From Dickeya solani IPO 2222 (GTDB lineage: Bacteria > Pseudomonadota > Gammaproteobacteria > Enterobacterales > Enterobacteriaceae), in the NCBI RefSeq assembly GCF_001644705.1, contig NZ_CP015137.1:1020001-1052000 (forward strand): a stretch of 32,000 nt of DNA, written 5' to 3'. Positions 1-9,316 of this stretch are shown here, one piece after another. Within the stretch, counting starts at the first letter, position 1. Each line of letters starts with the position of its first letter. A program made the position numbers and the translations under genes. The notes beneath the pieces are model-generated. The model had not been told where the DNA came from. It saw only the letters and a program-made list of their open reading frames with translations, and made no database searches.

Positions 1-374
1 GCATCGGCCAGCCAGTAACCATTATCAGCGACCTGTATGGCGACAGCGTGATGTACAAAGGCAAAGTGGTGGGTCTCGACATGGGAACCGGCAGCGCGTT
101 CTCGCTGTTGCCGGCCCAGAATGCCACGGGTAACTGGATCAAGGTAGTACAGCGCCTGCCGGTTCGTATCGAACTGGATCCGAAACAACTGGCTGACTAC
201 CCGCTGCGCATCGGCCTGTCGATGCTGGTCAAAGTGGATACCGCCAATACCGACGGCAAGGTACTGTCCGATGCCTCCCGCGCGACACCGGCATACCAGA
301 GTGATGCACTAGATCTGGATCTGGCGCCGGTCAACCAGATGATCGACCAGATCATCGGCGCCAACGCTGGCTGA
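1..374 (+). CDS. emrA: Multidrug efflux membrane-fusion protein EmrA, C-terminal part (5' end lies outside the window)
   Basis: The frame is open from the window edge (codon phase starts at nt 3). The translation ..IGQPVTIISDLYGDSVMYKGKVVGLDMGTGSAFSLLPAQNATGNWIKVVQRLPVRIELD.. closely matches the recalled E. coli EmrA C-terminus. emrB follows directly. Confidence 0.9.
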   Translation, partial: IGQPVTIISDLYGDSVMYKGKVVGLDMGTGSAFSLLPAQNATGNWIKVVQRLPVRIELDPKQLADYPLRIGLSMLVKVDTANTDGKVLSDASRATPAYQSDALDLDLAPVNQMIDQIIGANAG

Positions 375-391
375 CCCCAGAGGAGAGCAGC

Positions 392-1924
392 GTGACAAGA
401 AAACCACTTGAGGGCATGACGCTGGCTCTGGTGACGATCGCCCTGTCGCTGGCGACGTTCATGCAGGTGCTGGACTCGACAATTGCCAACGTAGCCATTC
501 CGACCATCGCCGGCAATCTCGGCGCATCCAATTCACAGGGCACCTGGGTCATCACGTCTTTCGGGGTGGCAAACGCCATCTCCATCCCCATCACCGGCTG
601 GCTGGCCAAACGATTCGGCGAGGTGCGCCTGTTTATCTGGGCCACCGTGCTCTTTACCCTGACCTCCTGGCTGTGCGGCATGTCGACCAGTCTGGAGATG
701 CTGATCGTTTCCCGTATGCTGCAGGGTCTGGTTGCCGGCCCGATTATTCCGCTGTCCCAAAGTCTGCTGCTGAATAACTACCCGCCGGCCAGACGAGGTA
801 TTGCACTAGCGTTGTGGTCAATGACGGTGGTGGTTGCCCCGATCTTCGGCCCGATCCTCGGCGGCTGGATCAGCGACAACTACCACTGGGGGTGGATCTT
901 CTTCATCAACGTGCCGTTAGGTGCTCTGGTGGTGTTGATCACCCTGCAAACACTACGCGGGCGCGAAACCAAAACCGAAATCCGCCCCATCGACACGATT
1001 GGGCTGATTCTGTTGGCGGCGGGTATTGGCTGCCTGCAGATGATGCTGGACCGCGGCAAAGAGCTGGACTGGTTTAACTCGACGGAAATCGTGGTGCTGG
1101 CGGTGGTTGCCGTGGTTTCGCTAACCGTGCTGGTGGTCTGGGAGCTGACCGACGATCACCCGGTGGTCGATCTGTCGCTGTTCAAGATGCGCAATTTTAC
1201 CATCGGCTGTCTGTGCACCAGCCTGGCGTTCATGCTCTATTTCGGCGCTATCGTACTGTTGCCGCAGTTGCTGCAGGTCGTGTTCGGCTATACCGCCACC
1301 TGGGCCGGGCTGGCTTCCGCCCCCGTGGGCCTGATGCCGGTGATACTCTCGCCGATCATCGGGCGGTTCATGCATAAGCTCGATATGCGCCGTCTGGTGA
1401 CGTTCAGCTTCATCATGTACGCGGTCTGTTTCTACTGGCGAGCCTACACCTTTGAGCCGGCAATGGATTTCGGCGCGTCCGCCTGGCCTCAGTTCGTGCA
1501 AGGGTTTGCCGTGGCCTGTTTCTTCATGCCGCTGACCACCATCACGCTCTCCGGCCTGCCGCCGGAACGGATGGCGGCCGCCTCCAGCCTGTCGAACTTT
1601 ACCCGTACGCTGGCAGGCTCCATCGGCACGTCGATCACCACCACATTGTGGGAGCGCCGGGAAGCCTTGCATCACGAACAGCTTAGCGAGGTGATCAACC
1701 CCTATAACCCGATCGCGCAGCAGACTTATCAGCAACTGGAAGCGATGGGAATGAGTCAACAGCAGGTATCCAGCTATCTGGCTCAGCAAATCACGGCGCA
1801 GGGGCTGATTATTGGCGCCAACGAAATCTTCTGGCTGTCGGCCGGGGTTTTCGTCGTGCTGATCGTCTTGGTATGGTTCGCCAAACCGCCGTTCGGCGGT
1901 CACTCGGCTGGCGGCGCGCACTGA
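392..1924 (+). CDS. emrB: Multidrug efflux MFS permease EmrB (14-TMS DHA2 family)
   Basis: The 510-aa ORF is nearly collinear with recalled E. coli EmrB (..KPLEG..ALSLATFMQVLDSTIANVAIPTIAGNLG..). It has a GTG start with a GGAG Shine-Dalgarno sequence 6 nt upstream, 18 nt after the emrA stop. Confidence 0.95.
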   Translation: MTRKPLEGMTLALVTIALSLATFMQVLDSTIANVAIPTIAGNLGASNSQGTWVITSFGVANAISIPITGWLAKRFGEVRLFIWATVLFTLTSWLCGMSTSLEMLIVSRMLQGLVAGPIIPLSQSLLLNNYPPARRGIALALWSMTVVVAPIFGPILGGWISDNYHWGWIFFINVPLGALVVLITLQTLRGRETKTEIRPIDTIGLILLAAGIGCLQMMLDRGKELDWFNSTEIVVLAVVAVVSLTVLVVWELTDDHPVVDLSLFKMRNFTIGCLCTSLAFMLYFGAIVLLPQLLQVVFGYTATWAGLASAPVGLMPVILSPIIGRFMHKLDMRRLVTFSFIMYAVCFYWRAYTFEPAMDFGASAWPQFVQGFAVACFFMPLTTITLSGLPPERMAAASSLSNFTRTLAGSIGTSITTTLWERREALHHEQLSEVINPYNPIAQQTYQQLEAMGMSQQQVSSYLAQQITAQGLIIGANEIFWLSAGVFVVLIVLVWFAKPPFGGHSAGGAH

Positions 1925-1961
1925 TCCCCACGCCGAACAACCTAAGCTAAAGCGTAAAAGC

Positions 1962-1990
1962 AAAAAAGGTGGCCAAAGCCACCTTTTTTA
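1962..1990. terminator. Bidirectional rho-independent terminator between convergent emrB and yfiF
   Basis: The sequence is aaaaaaGGTGGCcaaaGCCACCtttttt: a GC stem (1968-1973 / 1978-1983) with a 4-nt loop, an A-tract on one side and a T-tract on the other. Confidence 0.7.
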
Positions 1991-2009
1991 TTCCTTCGCC
2001 GAATGGGGC

Positions 2010-3206
2010 TTAGTCGTGATTCTGCCGCCACCATTCCGCCAGCAGGATCCCGGTCGCCACCGAGATATTCAGGCTTTCCACATTGCCGGTGCCGTCAATC
2101 GACACTTTGACGTCGCCCTGCTGCCAGGCGTTGTCAGACAAGCCATCCCCTTCCTGCCCCAGCACAATCACTGTTTTGGCAGGCAGCGAGACTTTCGACA
2201 AGGTCGCGCCCTTGTGACTGGAGGTGGTGACGATGGTGTAACCGGCGGCGCGGAACTGCGCCAGCGCATCGACCAAACCATCAGCGCTAATCGCTTTCAC
2301 GTGCTCGGCACCGCCTTCCGCCGTGCGCACCGCCGCGCCGGATTCCAGCTGCGACGCATCGTGCACCAGTACGCCTTTCACGCCAAAATGGGCACAGCTA
2401 CGCATGATGCCGCCCAGATTATGCGGATTACCGACATCTTCCAATGCCAGCACGCAGTCGGTATCCCCGGCTTCGCTCAGGTAAGCAGACACATCCAGAC
2501 CATGGCGTTTCTTGATCAGGAAACACACGCCGCCGTGATGCTCAGTACCGGACGCGCGAATCAGCTCGTCGTCTTCCACCACGTGGTAAGCCTTGCGATT
2601 GGCCGCCATCCAGCGCAGCGCTTCACGAAAACGCGGCGTGACTTCCTGCAGGAACCAACCGCGCACAATTGCTTCCGGACGGCTCAGGAACAGCGCCTGA
2701 CAGGCATTTTCTCCGTAGACGCGGGTTTCTTCCGACCGCTGGCGACGAATTTGTTCTGGATCGATCTGGCTCTTGCCGCTAATGCCGCCGTGATCCGGCT
2801 CTTCTTCCGGTGCGCGCGACACTGTTTTCCAGGGAGAATCCGCACGATCAACCGGCTCGCGACGCGGCGGACGCTCACGGTCACGCCCTGCCGACTCGCC
2901 ACGCCATTTGCCGCCACGCTCGGCGTTATCCCGTCCACCTCGTTCGGCATTGTCACGCCCGCCGCGTGGCGCGCCATCCCGCCCGCCTCGTTCGGCGTTG
3001 TCCCGTCCGCCTCGTTCGGCATTGCCCCGCCCGCCGTGTGGCGCGCCATCCCGCCCTTTACGGTCGCGGTTGTCGCCATCGCCACGACGCTTATCCGGCG
3101 CACGTTTCGGCTTACTGTTCTTCTCGTCCCCGCCTTCGCTACGGACGTACATGACGCGGACTTTGCCGCTCTTTCCACTTAATTCATCGCTCATGTTGTT
3201 CTCCAC
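2010..3206 (-). CDS. yfiF: SpoU/TrmH-family RNA 2'-O-methyltransferase YfiF with an expanded Arg/Gly-rich N-terminal region
   Basis: The C-terminal 250 aa align with recalled E. coli YfiF (..[68 protein letters not shown]). The track start is GTG at 3206 with no Shine-Dalgarno sequence. ATG at 3194 is preceded by GGTGGAG and may be the real start. Confidence 0.9.
   Translation of the reverse strand: MENNMSDELSGKSGKVRVMYVRSEGGDEKNSKPKRAPDKRRGDGDNRDRKGRDGAPHGGRGNAERGGRDNAERGGRDGAPRGGRDNAERGGRDNAERGGKWRGESAGRDRERPPRREPVDRADSPWKTVSRAPEEEPDHGGISGKSQIDPEQIRRQRSEETRVYGENACQALFLSRPEAIVRGWFLQEVTPRFREALRWMAANRKAYHVVEDDELIRASGTEHHGGVCFLIKKRHGLDVSAYLSEAGDTDCVLALEDVGNPHNLGGIMRSCAHFGVKGVLVHDASQLESGAAVRTAEGGAEHVKAISADGLVDALAQFRAAGYTIVTTSSHKGATLSKVSLPAKTVIVLGQEGDGLSDNAWQQGDVKVSIDGTGNVESLNISVATGILLAEWWRQNHD
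2910..3056 (-). repeat. In-frame tandem repeat inside yfiF: six 24-bp units, organised as two 72-bp copies, encoding GGR(D/G)(N/G)A(E/P)(R/H)
   Basis: By direct reading, 2913-2984 and 2985-3056 differ at 7 of 72 positions, and each copy consists of three related 24-bp units. The protein reads [48 protein letters not shown]. Confidence 0.9.
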
Positions 3207-3436
3207 CTACGCGCTGGGCGCGAAGATTACCCTATGTCCACCGGCTTAGCCACCAACCCGATCATAAAAGTCACTAACTATTATAACCATTGGGTAAAAC
3301 GCCTTGTTGGCGTTCGACCCGCTATCCATACTTACCCTGCTTTCGCGCCACCATCTGTTGATCTCTTCGCGTATGCTGGGCACGCTTCCATCAACAGTAC
3401 ACTTGATTCCAGCCCTTTTGCTACCGAGGCCCGTTT

Positions 3437-3862
3437 ATGAATACGGTATGTGCATCCTGCCACGCCACCAACCGCCTGCCAGAAGAACGCATCAATAATC
3501 ATCAACAAGCCCATTGCGGCCGCTGCGGTCAGGCGCTGTTCAGCGGCAAGGTGATTAACGCCACTGAAGAAACGCTGGATAAACTGTTGCAGGACGATCT
3601 GCCGGTGGTCGTGGATTTCTGGGCCCCCTGGTGCGGGCCGTGCGTTAACTTTGCCCCGGTATTTGAAAGCGTCGCCGACGAAAACGGCGGCAAAATCCGC
3701 TTTATCAAGGTCAACACCGAAGCGGAACCCGGCCTGAGCGCCCGCTTTCGTATCCGCAGCATTCCTACCATCATGCTGTTCAAACACGGCAAGGTGGTTG
3801 ACATGCTCAACGGCGCCATGCCCAAAGCCCCTTTCGAAAGCTGGCTTAGCGAATCGCTGTAA
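3437..3862 (+). CDS. trxC: Thioredoxin 2 (zinc-binding N-terminal CxxC..CxxC plus WCGPC active site)
   Basis: The 141-aa ORF ([66 protein letters not shown]) matches recalled E. coli TrxC. A GAGG Shine-Dalgarno sequence lies 7 nt upstream. Confidence 0.95.
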   Translation: MNTVCASCHATNRLPEERINNHQQAHCGRCGQALFSGKVINATEETLDKLLQDDLPVVVDFWAPWCGPCVNFAPVFESVADENGGKIRFIKVNTEAEPGLSARFRIRSIPTIMLFKHGKVVDMLNGAMPKAPFESWLSESL

Positions 3863-3879
3863 GTCATCCCTCACAAGAC

Positions 3880-3901
3880 GCCCCGCCAACACGCGGGGCT
3901 T
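3880..3901 (+). terminator. Possible weak terminator hairpin after trxC
   Basis: GCCCCGC-caacac-GCGGGGC forms a 7-bp GC stem, but only TT follows, so termination efficiency is doubtful. Confidence 0.35.
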
Positions 3902-3949
3902 CAGGTCGGCAGCCTGGTCGTTTAGAATACCGCTTTTTGACGGAATATC

Positions 3950-4666
3950 ATGACCGATAACGCTGTCCTGCGGCTGCGTCAGCAGCGCCTTGTTCTCTCC
4001 ACGCGCCCGTTTCGCGCCCGCGGCTGCCGTGTAATCCGTTGCCAGCGTTGCCTGCTGCCGGAAGTTCACTGCCTGTGCGACACCCTCTCGCCGCGTACCG
4101 CTCGCAGCCGCTTCTGTCTGGTCATGTTCGACACCGAACCGATGAAGCCCAGTAATACCGGTCGCCTGATTGCCGATGTCCTGCCGCAGACGGATGCCTT
4201 TCTGTGGTCCCGTACCGAGCCGGATCCGGCGCTGCTTGCCGCCTTGCAGACAGAAGAGTATCAACCCTGGCTGGTATTTCTGGCGGACGACGATGAACGC
4301 GGCCGTCAGGTCCGTCACCAGCTGCCCGCCGATGGCAAACCGCCGCTGTTCGTGATGTTGGACGGCACCTGGCCGGAAGCGCGCAAAATGTTCCGCAAAA
4401 GCCCATACCTCGATACGTTGCCGATCCTGTCGTTGAGCGTGGACGCCTTGTCCAGCTATCAATTACGGGAGGCCAGCAGCGCCGGGCAGCACTGTACGGC
4501 GGAAATCGCCATCGCTCTGCTGCGTCAGGCCGGCGACAGCGATGCCGCCGAAGCGCTGGCGCAGCATTTCGACCGTTTTCGCCGTCATTATCTGGCGGGC
4601 AAAGCCCATCACGCGAAAAAGAAAATTTCTTCCACTGTCACAGCAAAACCGGCAACAGACGTTTAA
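3950..4666 (+). CDS. tapT: DTW-domain tRNA-uridine aminocarboxypropyltransferase TapT (YfiP)
   Basis: The 238-aa ORF carries a CQRC..C.C cysteine cluster and the DGTW motif (VMLDGTWPEARKMF). Its position between trxC and patZ is the same as in E. coli. Confidence 0.9.
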   Translation: MTDNAVLRLRQQRLVLSTRPFRARGCRVIRCQRCLLPEVHCLCDTLSPRTARSRFCLVMFDTEPMKPSNTGRLIADVLPQTDAFLWSRTEPDPALLAALQTEEYQPWLVFLADDDERGRQVRHQLPADGKPPLFVMLDGTWPEARKMFRKSPYLDTLPILSLSVDALSSYQLREASSAGQHCTAEIAIALLRQAGDSDAAEALAQHFDRFRRHYLAGKAHHAKKKISSTVTAKPATDV

Positions 4667-4699
4667 GATCAATCAGGTGTCTTCCAACAGGAGTAACTG

Positions 4700-7366
4700 A
4701 TGAGTCAGCGCGGATTAGAGGCTTTGCTGCGGCCCCGTTCGATTGCCGTGATCGGCGCGTCGGAAAAACCGGGGAGAGCCGGATTTCTGATGATGCGCAA
4801 CCTGCTTGACGGCGGTTTCAACGGACCGGTGTTGCCGGTGACGCCCCAATATCAGGCGGTCTGCGGCGTACTGGCGTACCGCGATGTCGCCAGCTTACCA
4901 ATGACGCCCGATCTCGCCGTTATCTGCACGCGCGCCGACCGTAATCTACCGCTGCTGGACGCGCTGGGGCAGCGCGGCTGTAAAACGGTCATCGTGCTCT
5001 CCGCGCCGCCGTCGCAGTTCGCCGAACTGAAAAACTGCGCCGCCCGCTATGCCATACGGCTGCTGGGGCCAAACAGCCTCGGCCTGCTGGCGCCCTGGCA
5101 GGGACTCAACGCCAGTTTTTCGCCGGTGCCGATCCTGAAAGGCAAGCTGGCGTTTATCTCCCAGTCGGCGGCGGTTTCCAACACCATACTGGACTGGGCA
5201 CAACAGCGCGGCATCGGCTTCTCCTATTTTATCGCGCTCGGCGACAGCCTGGATATTGACGTTGACGACCTGCTGGACTTTCTGGCGCGGGACGGCAAAA
5301 CCAGCGCCATTTTGCTGCATCTGGAACATATCAGCGACGCCCGGCGTTTTCTCTCGGCAGCGCGCAGCGCGTCCCGCAACAAGCCGATTCTGGTGATCAA
5401 AAGCGGGCGCAGCCGACAGGCGCAACAGCTGTTGCATAGCGGCCAGCACGGGCTGGACGCCGCCTATGACGCCGCCATCCAGCGCGCCGGGCTGCTGCGA
5501 GTGCAGGATACCCACGAGCTGTTTTCGGCGGTGGAAACCCTCAGCCATCTACGTCCGCTGCGCGGCGAGCGCTTACTGATCGTCAGCAACGGCGCGTCGC
5601 CCGCCGCCCAAGCGTTGGATCAGTTAATCGCCCGTCAGGGTAAGCTGGCGACACTGAGCGAGGCAACGCAACAGGCGTTGCGTGCCGTGTTACCCGACAC
5701 CGTCGCTGTCGGCAATCCACTGGACTTGCGCGACGACGCCACGCCGCAACGTTATCTGGCGGCGCTGTCGGCGCTGCTGGACAGCGACGATTACGACGCG
5801 CTGCTGATTCTCCACGCCCCGAGCGCCGCCGCACCCGGCACGGAAAGCGCTGAAAGCCTGATTCAGCAGTTGCAGCAGCATCCGCGCGGCAAGCGCATCA
5901 CGCTGCTGACCAACTGGTGCGGCGAATTCTCCTCGCAAGAGGCGCGCCGTCTGTTTAACGAGGCAGGAATCCCGACTTATCGCACCCCGGAAGGCGCGGT
6001 GATCGCGTTCATGCATATCGTCGAATACCGTCGTAACCAAAAGCAACTGAAAGAGACCCCGGCGCTGCCATCGGATCTCACTGCCAATGCCGCACAGGCG
6101 CATCAGTTGATCAGCCAGGCGCTGCAGGAAGGCACTACCCGGCTCGATACCCACGAGGTCCAGCCAATTCTGCAGGCATACGGCCTGAATACGTTGCCAA
6201 CCTGGATTGCCGGCGACAGTACCGAAGCGGTGTACATCGCGGAAAAAATCGGCTACCCGGTGGCGCTTAAACTGCGCTCCCCGGATATCCCCCACAAATC
6301 GGAAATTCAGGGCGTCATGCTGTACCTGCAGAATGCGCAAGAGGTGCAACTGGCGGCGGAAGCGATGCTGGAGCGAGTCAGACAGACCAATCCGCAAGCT
6401 CGCGTACATGGTTTGCTGGTGCAGGGCATGGCTGAACGTACCGGTGCGCTGGAATTGCGTATCGCGGTCGAGCAGGATGCCATCTTTGGTCCGATCATCA
6501 TGTTGGGTGAAGGTGGAATGGAATGGAGCCGGGAAACGCAGGCGGCGGTGGCATTACCCCCGCTGAATATGGCGCTGGCGCGCTATCTGATCGTCCAGGC
6601 GTTGAAAAGCGGCAAAATCCGCAGCCAAAGCGCACTCAAGCCACTGGATATTCTGGCCTTCAGCCGCTTACTGGTGCAGGTTTCCAACCTGATTCTGGAT
6701 TGCCCGGAGATCTCGCGTCTGGATATTCACCCGCTGCTGGCCTCCGGCGACGAATTCACGCTGCTGGATGTTACGCTGCATCTGGCGCCGTTTAGCGGCG
6801 ACCCGCAGTCTCGTCTGTCTATCCGCCCTTATCCGCAGGAACTGGAAGAAACCGTCCGGCTCAAGGATGGCGCATCCTGCCTGTTCCGCCCCATCCTGCC
6901 CGAAGACGAACCGCTGCTGGCCCGCTTTATCGGGAAAGTGACCCGCGAGGATCTGTATTACCGTTATTTCAGTGAAATCAACGAATTTACCCATGAAGAC
7001 TTAGCCAATATGACCCAAATTGACTACGATCGTGAAATGGCGTTTATTGCTGTGCGGTCAAACGCGGAAGGTGAGCCGGAGATCATCGGCGTCACACGCG
7101 CCATCGCCGACCCGGACAATATCAGCGCGGAATTCGCCGTACTGGTGCGATCCGATCTGAAAGGGCTGGGATTAGGCAGAAAACTGCTGGAAAAGTTAAT
7201 CCACTATGCCCGCGCCCACGGGCTGGCTCGTCTGAACGGCATCACTATGCCGACGAATCAGGGTATGGTCACGCTGGCGAAAAAACTGGGCTTCGCCGTT
7301 GATGTACAACTGGAAGACGGTATTGTGACGCTGGAACTGCCGCTGGGCTCGTCAGCACAGCCATAA
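4700..7366 (+). CDS. patZ: Protein lysine acetyltransferase PatZ/Pka (YfiQ): CoA-ligase-like domain plus C-terminal GNAT domain
   Basis: The 888-aa ORF has the N-terminus MSQRGLEALLRPRSIAVIGASEKPGRAGFLMMRNLLDGGFNGPVLPVTP, matching recalled E. coli YfiQ (886 aa). An AGGAG Shine-Dalgarno sequence lies upstream. Confidence 0.95.
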   Translation: MSQRGLEALLRPRSIAVIGASEKPGRAGFLMMRNLLDGGFNGPVLPVTPQYQAVCGVLAYRDVASLPMTPDLAVICTRADRNLPLLDALGQRGCKTVIVLSAPPSQFAELKNCAARYAIRLLGPNSLGLLAPWQGLNASFSPVPILKGKLAFISQSAAVSNTILDWAQQRGIGFSYFIALGDSLDIDVDDLLDFLARDGKTSAILLHLEHISDARRFLSAARSASRNKPILVIKSGRSRQAQQLLHSGQHGLDAAYDAAIQRAGLLRVQDTHELFSAVETLSHLRPLRGERLLIVSNGASPAAQALDQLIARQGKLATLSEATQQALRAVLPDTVAVGNPLDLRDDATPQRYLAALSALLDSDDYDALLILHAPSAAAPGTESAESLIQQLQQHPRGKRITLLTNWCGEFSSQEARRLFNEAGIPTYRTPEGAVIAFMHIVEYRRNQKQLKETPALPSDLTANAAQAHQLISQALQEGTTRLDTHEVQPILQAYGLNTLPTWIAGDSTEAVYIAEKIGYPVALKLRSPDIPHKSEIQGVMLYLQNAQEVQLAAEAMLERVRQTNPQARVHGLLVQGMAERTGALELRIAVEQDAIFGPIIMLGEGGMEWSRETQAAVALPPLNMALARYLIVQALKSGKIRSQSALKPLDILAFSRLLVQVSNLILDCPEISRLDIHPLLASGDEFTLLDVTLHLAPFSGDPQSRLSIRPYPQELEETVRLKDGASCLFRPILPEDEPLLARFIGKVTREDLYYRYFSEINEFTHEDLANMTQIDYDREMAFIAVRSNAEGEPEIIGVTRAIADPDNISAEFAVLVRSDLKGLGLGRKLLEKLIHYARAHGLARLNGITMPTNQGMVTLAKKLGFAVDVQLEDGIVTLELPLGSSAQP

Positions 7367-7520
7367 CCGGACGCGCCGATGCGCGCGGGATCTCGCTACA
7401 GGCAGCAAAACTTGCTCACAACGCCTGCCAAGTAGTGGTATCATCGCCCGATTCGGTTATGCCTTAACGTATATTTATGACCACGCGGTCATCCCACGAT
7501 GAGAGAAGAATCGCACAGTG

Positions 7521-8876
7521 ATGTTGTCAAAACTAAAGCGTACGAAATATCAACAACACCTTGCACAACTGCCTAAAATTCCTCAGTCTGCCGATGACGT
7601 CCAGACGCTTCACAACCCGGCGCTTTTCCGTACTACGCTGACAGAACAGATTCTGCAGGCGAAGAAACGCATCTATCTGGTAGCTCTGTATCTGGAACAC
7701 GATGACGGCGGCGAAGGCATTCTGTCCGCACTCTATCAGGCCAAACGCCAATGCCCGGAGCTGGAAATCACCGTACTGGTCGACTGGCATCGCGCCCAGC
7801 GCGGCCGCATCGGCGTTGCCGCCGACAGCACCAACGCCGACTGGTACTACGAAATGGCGCAACAGCACGATGATGCGCCCTTCCCGATTTATGGTGTCCC
7901 GGTCAATACGCGCGAAGCGCTGGGCGTCCTGCATCTGAAAGGGTTTATTATCGATGACACCGTGCTTTACAGCGGCGCCAGTCTGAACGATGTCTACCTG
8001 CATCAGCATGAAAAATATCGTTATGACCGCTATCAGCTGATTCATAACCCTGTGCTGGCTGATGTTATGGCGCGCTATGTGCAGGACCTGCTGGCTTCGT
8101 CCGCCGTACAGCGGCTGGACTGCTCGTCTCGCCCTAAAACCATCGATATCAAGAACGATATCCGCCAGTTCCGTCAGTCATTGCGTTCCGCAACTTACCT
8201 ACTGCCGGGAGTCGGCGATAACAACAACCAGTTGACAGTCACGCCGCTGGTCGGATTGGGTAAACAGAGCCCGCTAAACCGGACCATCCATCACCTGATG
8301 TACTGCACTGAACAGCGTCTGGTGATGTGCACCCCGTACTTCAATCTGCCGGCTTTGCTGGTGCGCAATATTATCCGTCTGCTGCGCAACGGTAAGCAGA
8401 TCGAGATTATCATTGGCGACAAAACGGCGAACGACTTCTTTATCCCTGAAGATCAGCCGTTCCGTATTATCGGCGCACTGCCTTACCTGTACGAAATCAA
8501 CCTGCGTCGCTTTCTGAGCCGATTGCAGAAATACATCGACAGCAACCAACTGGTGATCCGTCTGTGGAAGGACGGCGATAACAGCTTTCACCTGAAAGGT
8601 ATGTGGGTGGACGATAACTGGCAACTGCTGACCGGTAACAACCTCAATCCTCGGGCCTGGCGGTTGGATCTGGAAAACGCCATTCTGATTCATGACCCAG
8701 AGCAGGTATTGCAGGTACCGCGTCAACAAGAGCTGGAGTACATCCGCGCCCATACCCAAATCATCACGCACTACCAGCAGTTGCAGAGTATCGCGCAATA
8801 TCCGGTAAAAGTGCGCAAGCTTATCCGCCGTCTACGCCGTATCCGCATCGATCGTCTGATCAGCCGGATTTTGTAA
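7521..8876 (+). CDS. pssA: CDP-diacylglycerol-serine O-phosphatidyltransferase (phosphatidylserine synthase)
   Basis: Starting at ATG 7521 the product is 451 aa, the same length as E. coli PssA. It is near-identical at MLSKLKRTKYQQHLAQLPKI.. and at ..YPVKVRKLIRRLRRIRIDRLISRIL. The track start (GTG 7518) is one codon upstream. Confidence 0.95.
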   Translation: MLSKLKRTKYQQHLAQLPKIPQSADDVQTLHNPALFRTTLTEQILQAKKRIYLVALYLEHDDGGEGILSALYQAKRQCPELEITVLVDWHRAQRGRIGVAADSTNADWYYEMAQQHDDAPFPIYGVPVNTREALGVLHLKGFIIDDTVLYSGASLNDVYLHQHEKYRYDRYQLIHNPVLADVMARYVQDLLASSAVQRLDCSSRPKTIDIKNDIRQFRQSLRSATYLLPGVGDNNNQLTVTPLVGLGKQSPLNRTIHHLMYCTEQRLVMCTPYFNLPALLVRNIIRLLRNGKQIEIIIGDKTANDFFIPEDQPFRIIGALPYLYEINLRRFLSRLQKYIDSNQLVIRLWKDGDNSFHLKGMWVDDNWQLLTGNNLNPRAWRLDLENAILIHDPEQVLQVPRQQELEYIRAHTQIITHYQQLQSIAQYPVKVRKLIRRLRRIRIDRLISRIL

Positions 8877-8989
8877 CCATCTGCCGAATTCCCGGTACAG
8901 TTTGTTAATGCTCTGCCGGGAATCATCCTGCTGTAGTAAGCTTTGTCAGGTTTCTTCGGACAGTGCCAACATACAGGTCATGAGGGGCG

Positions 8990-9316
8990 ATGATGCGCAA
9001 AGCACTGCTATTACTGCTGTCCGTTTGTTCAGGCTGTGCGCACATGGCGCAGGATCAGTGGACAGGTACCGACAAGGCCAAGCATTTCATGGCATCCGCG
9101 CTGCTCAGCGCCGCGGGCAGTGAATTCGCTGAACACCAGCATCAGAGCCGTGACCGCAGCGCCGCATTCGGATTGATGTTTTCTGTCAGTATCGGTGCAG
9201 CCAAAGAAGCCTACGACAGCCGGCCGCAAGGTAGCGGCTGGAGCTGGAAAGATTTCACCTGGGACATAGCCGGCGCAACGGCCGGCTACTGTTTATGGCA
9301 GGCAGCCCATCGTTAG
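8990..9316 (+). CDS. yfiM: Small lipoprotein YfiM (DUF2279)
   Basis: The 108-aa ORF has a signal peptide ending in a lipobox-like ..SGC. The stretch [44 protein letters not shown] matches recalled E. coli YfiM. The second ATG at 8993 is an equally plausible start. Confidence 0.85.
   Translation: MMRKALLLLLSVCSGCAHMAQDQWTGTDKAKHFMASALLSAAGSEFAEHQHQSRDRSAAFGLMFSVSIGAAKEAYDSRPQGSGWSWKDFTWDIAGATAGYCLWQAAHR

Noticed and set aside
2910-3056. Whether the regular 24-bp repeats could be a CRISPR-like array
   Set aside because: The units are contiguous with no spacers, lie in frame inside a conserved gene, and there are no cas genes nearby. This is a coding tandem repeat.
2016-3182. A 388-aa plus-strand ORF, together with the 2908-3249 plus-strand ORF bearing a striking PPRSALSR proline-rich repeat
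   Set aside because: Both are antisense readings of yfiF. The PPRSALSR periodicity is simply the yfiF 24-bp repeat read on the other strand. The yfiF frame carries the conserved SpoU methyltransferase domain.
3207-3436. A search for an OxyR operator in the yfiF-trxC divergent region (trxC is OxyR-regulated in E. coli)
   Set aside because: I found only degenerate ATAx/CTAx tetramers with irregular spacing, around 3270-3310 (cATAAaagtcaCTAActattATAAccattggGTAA). There is no convincing ATAG-N7-CTAT-N7-ATAG-N7-CTAT match, so no site is called.
3332-4462. A 376-aa minus-strand ORF spanning trxC and tapT
   Set aside because: It is antisense to two well-supported genes and crosses their intergenic region. 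It has a shadow-ORF composition. The same reasoning applies to 1121-1963(-), 27540-28505(+), 25995-26576(+), 5690-6409(-), 22210-22716(-) and 23266-23769(+).
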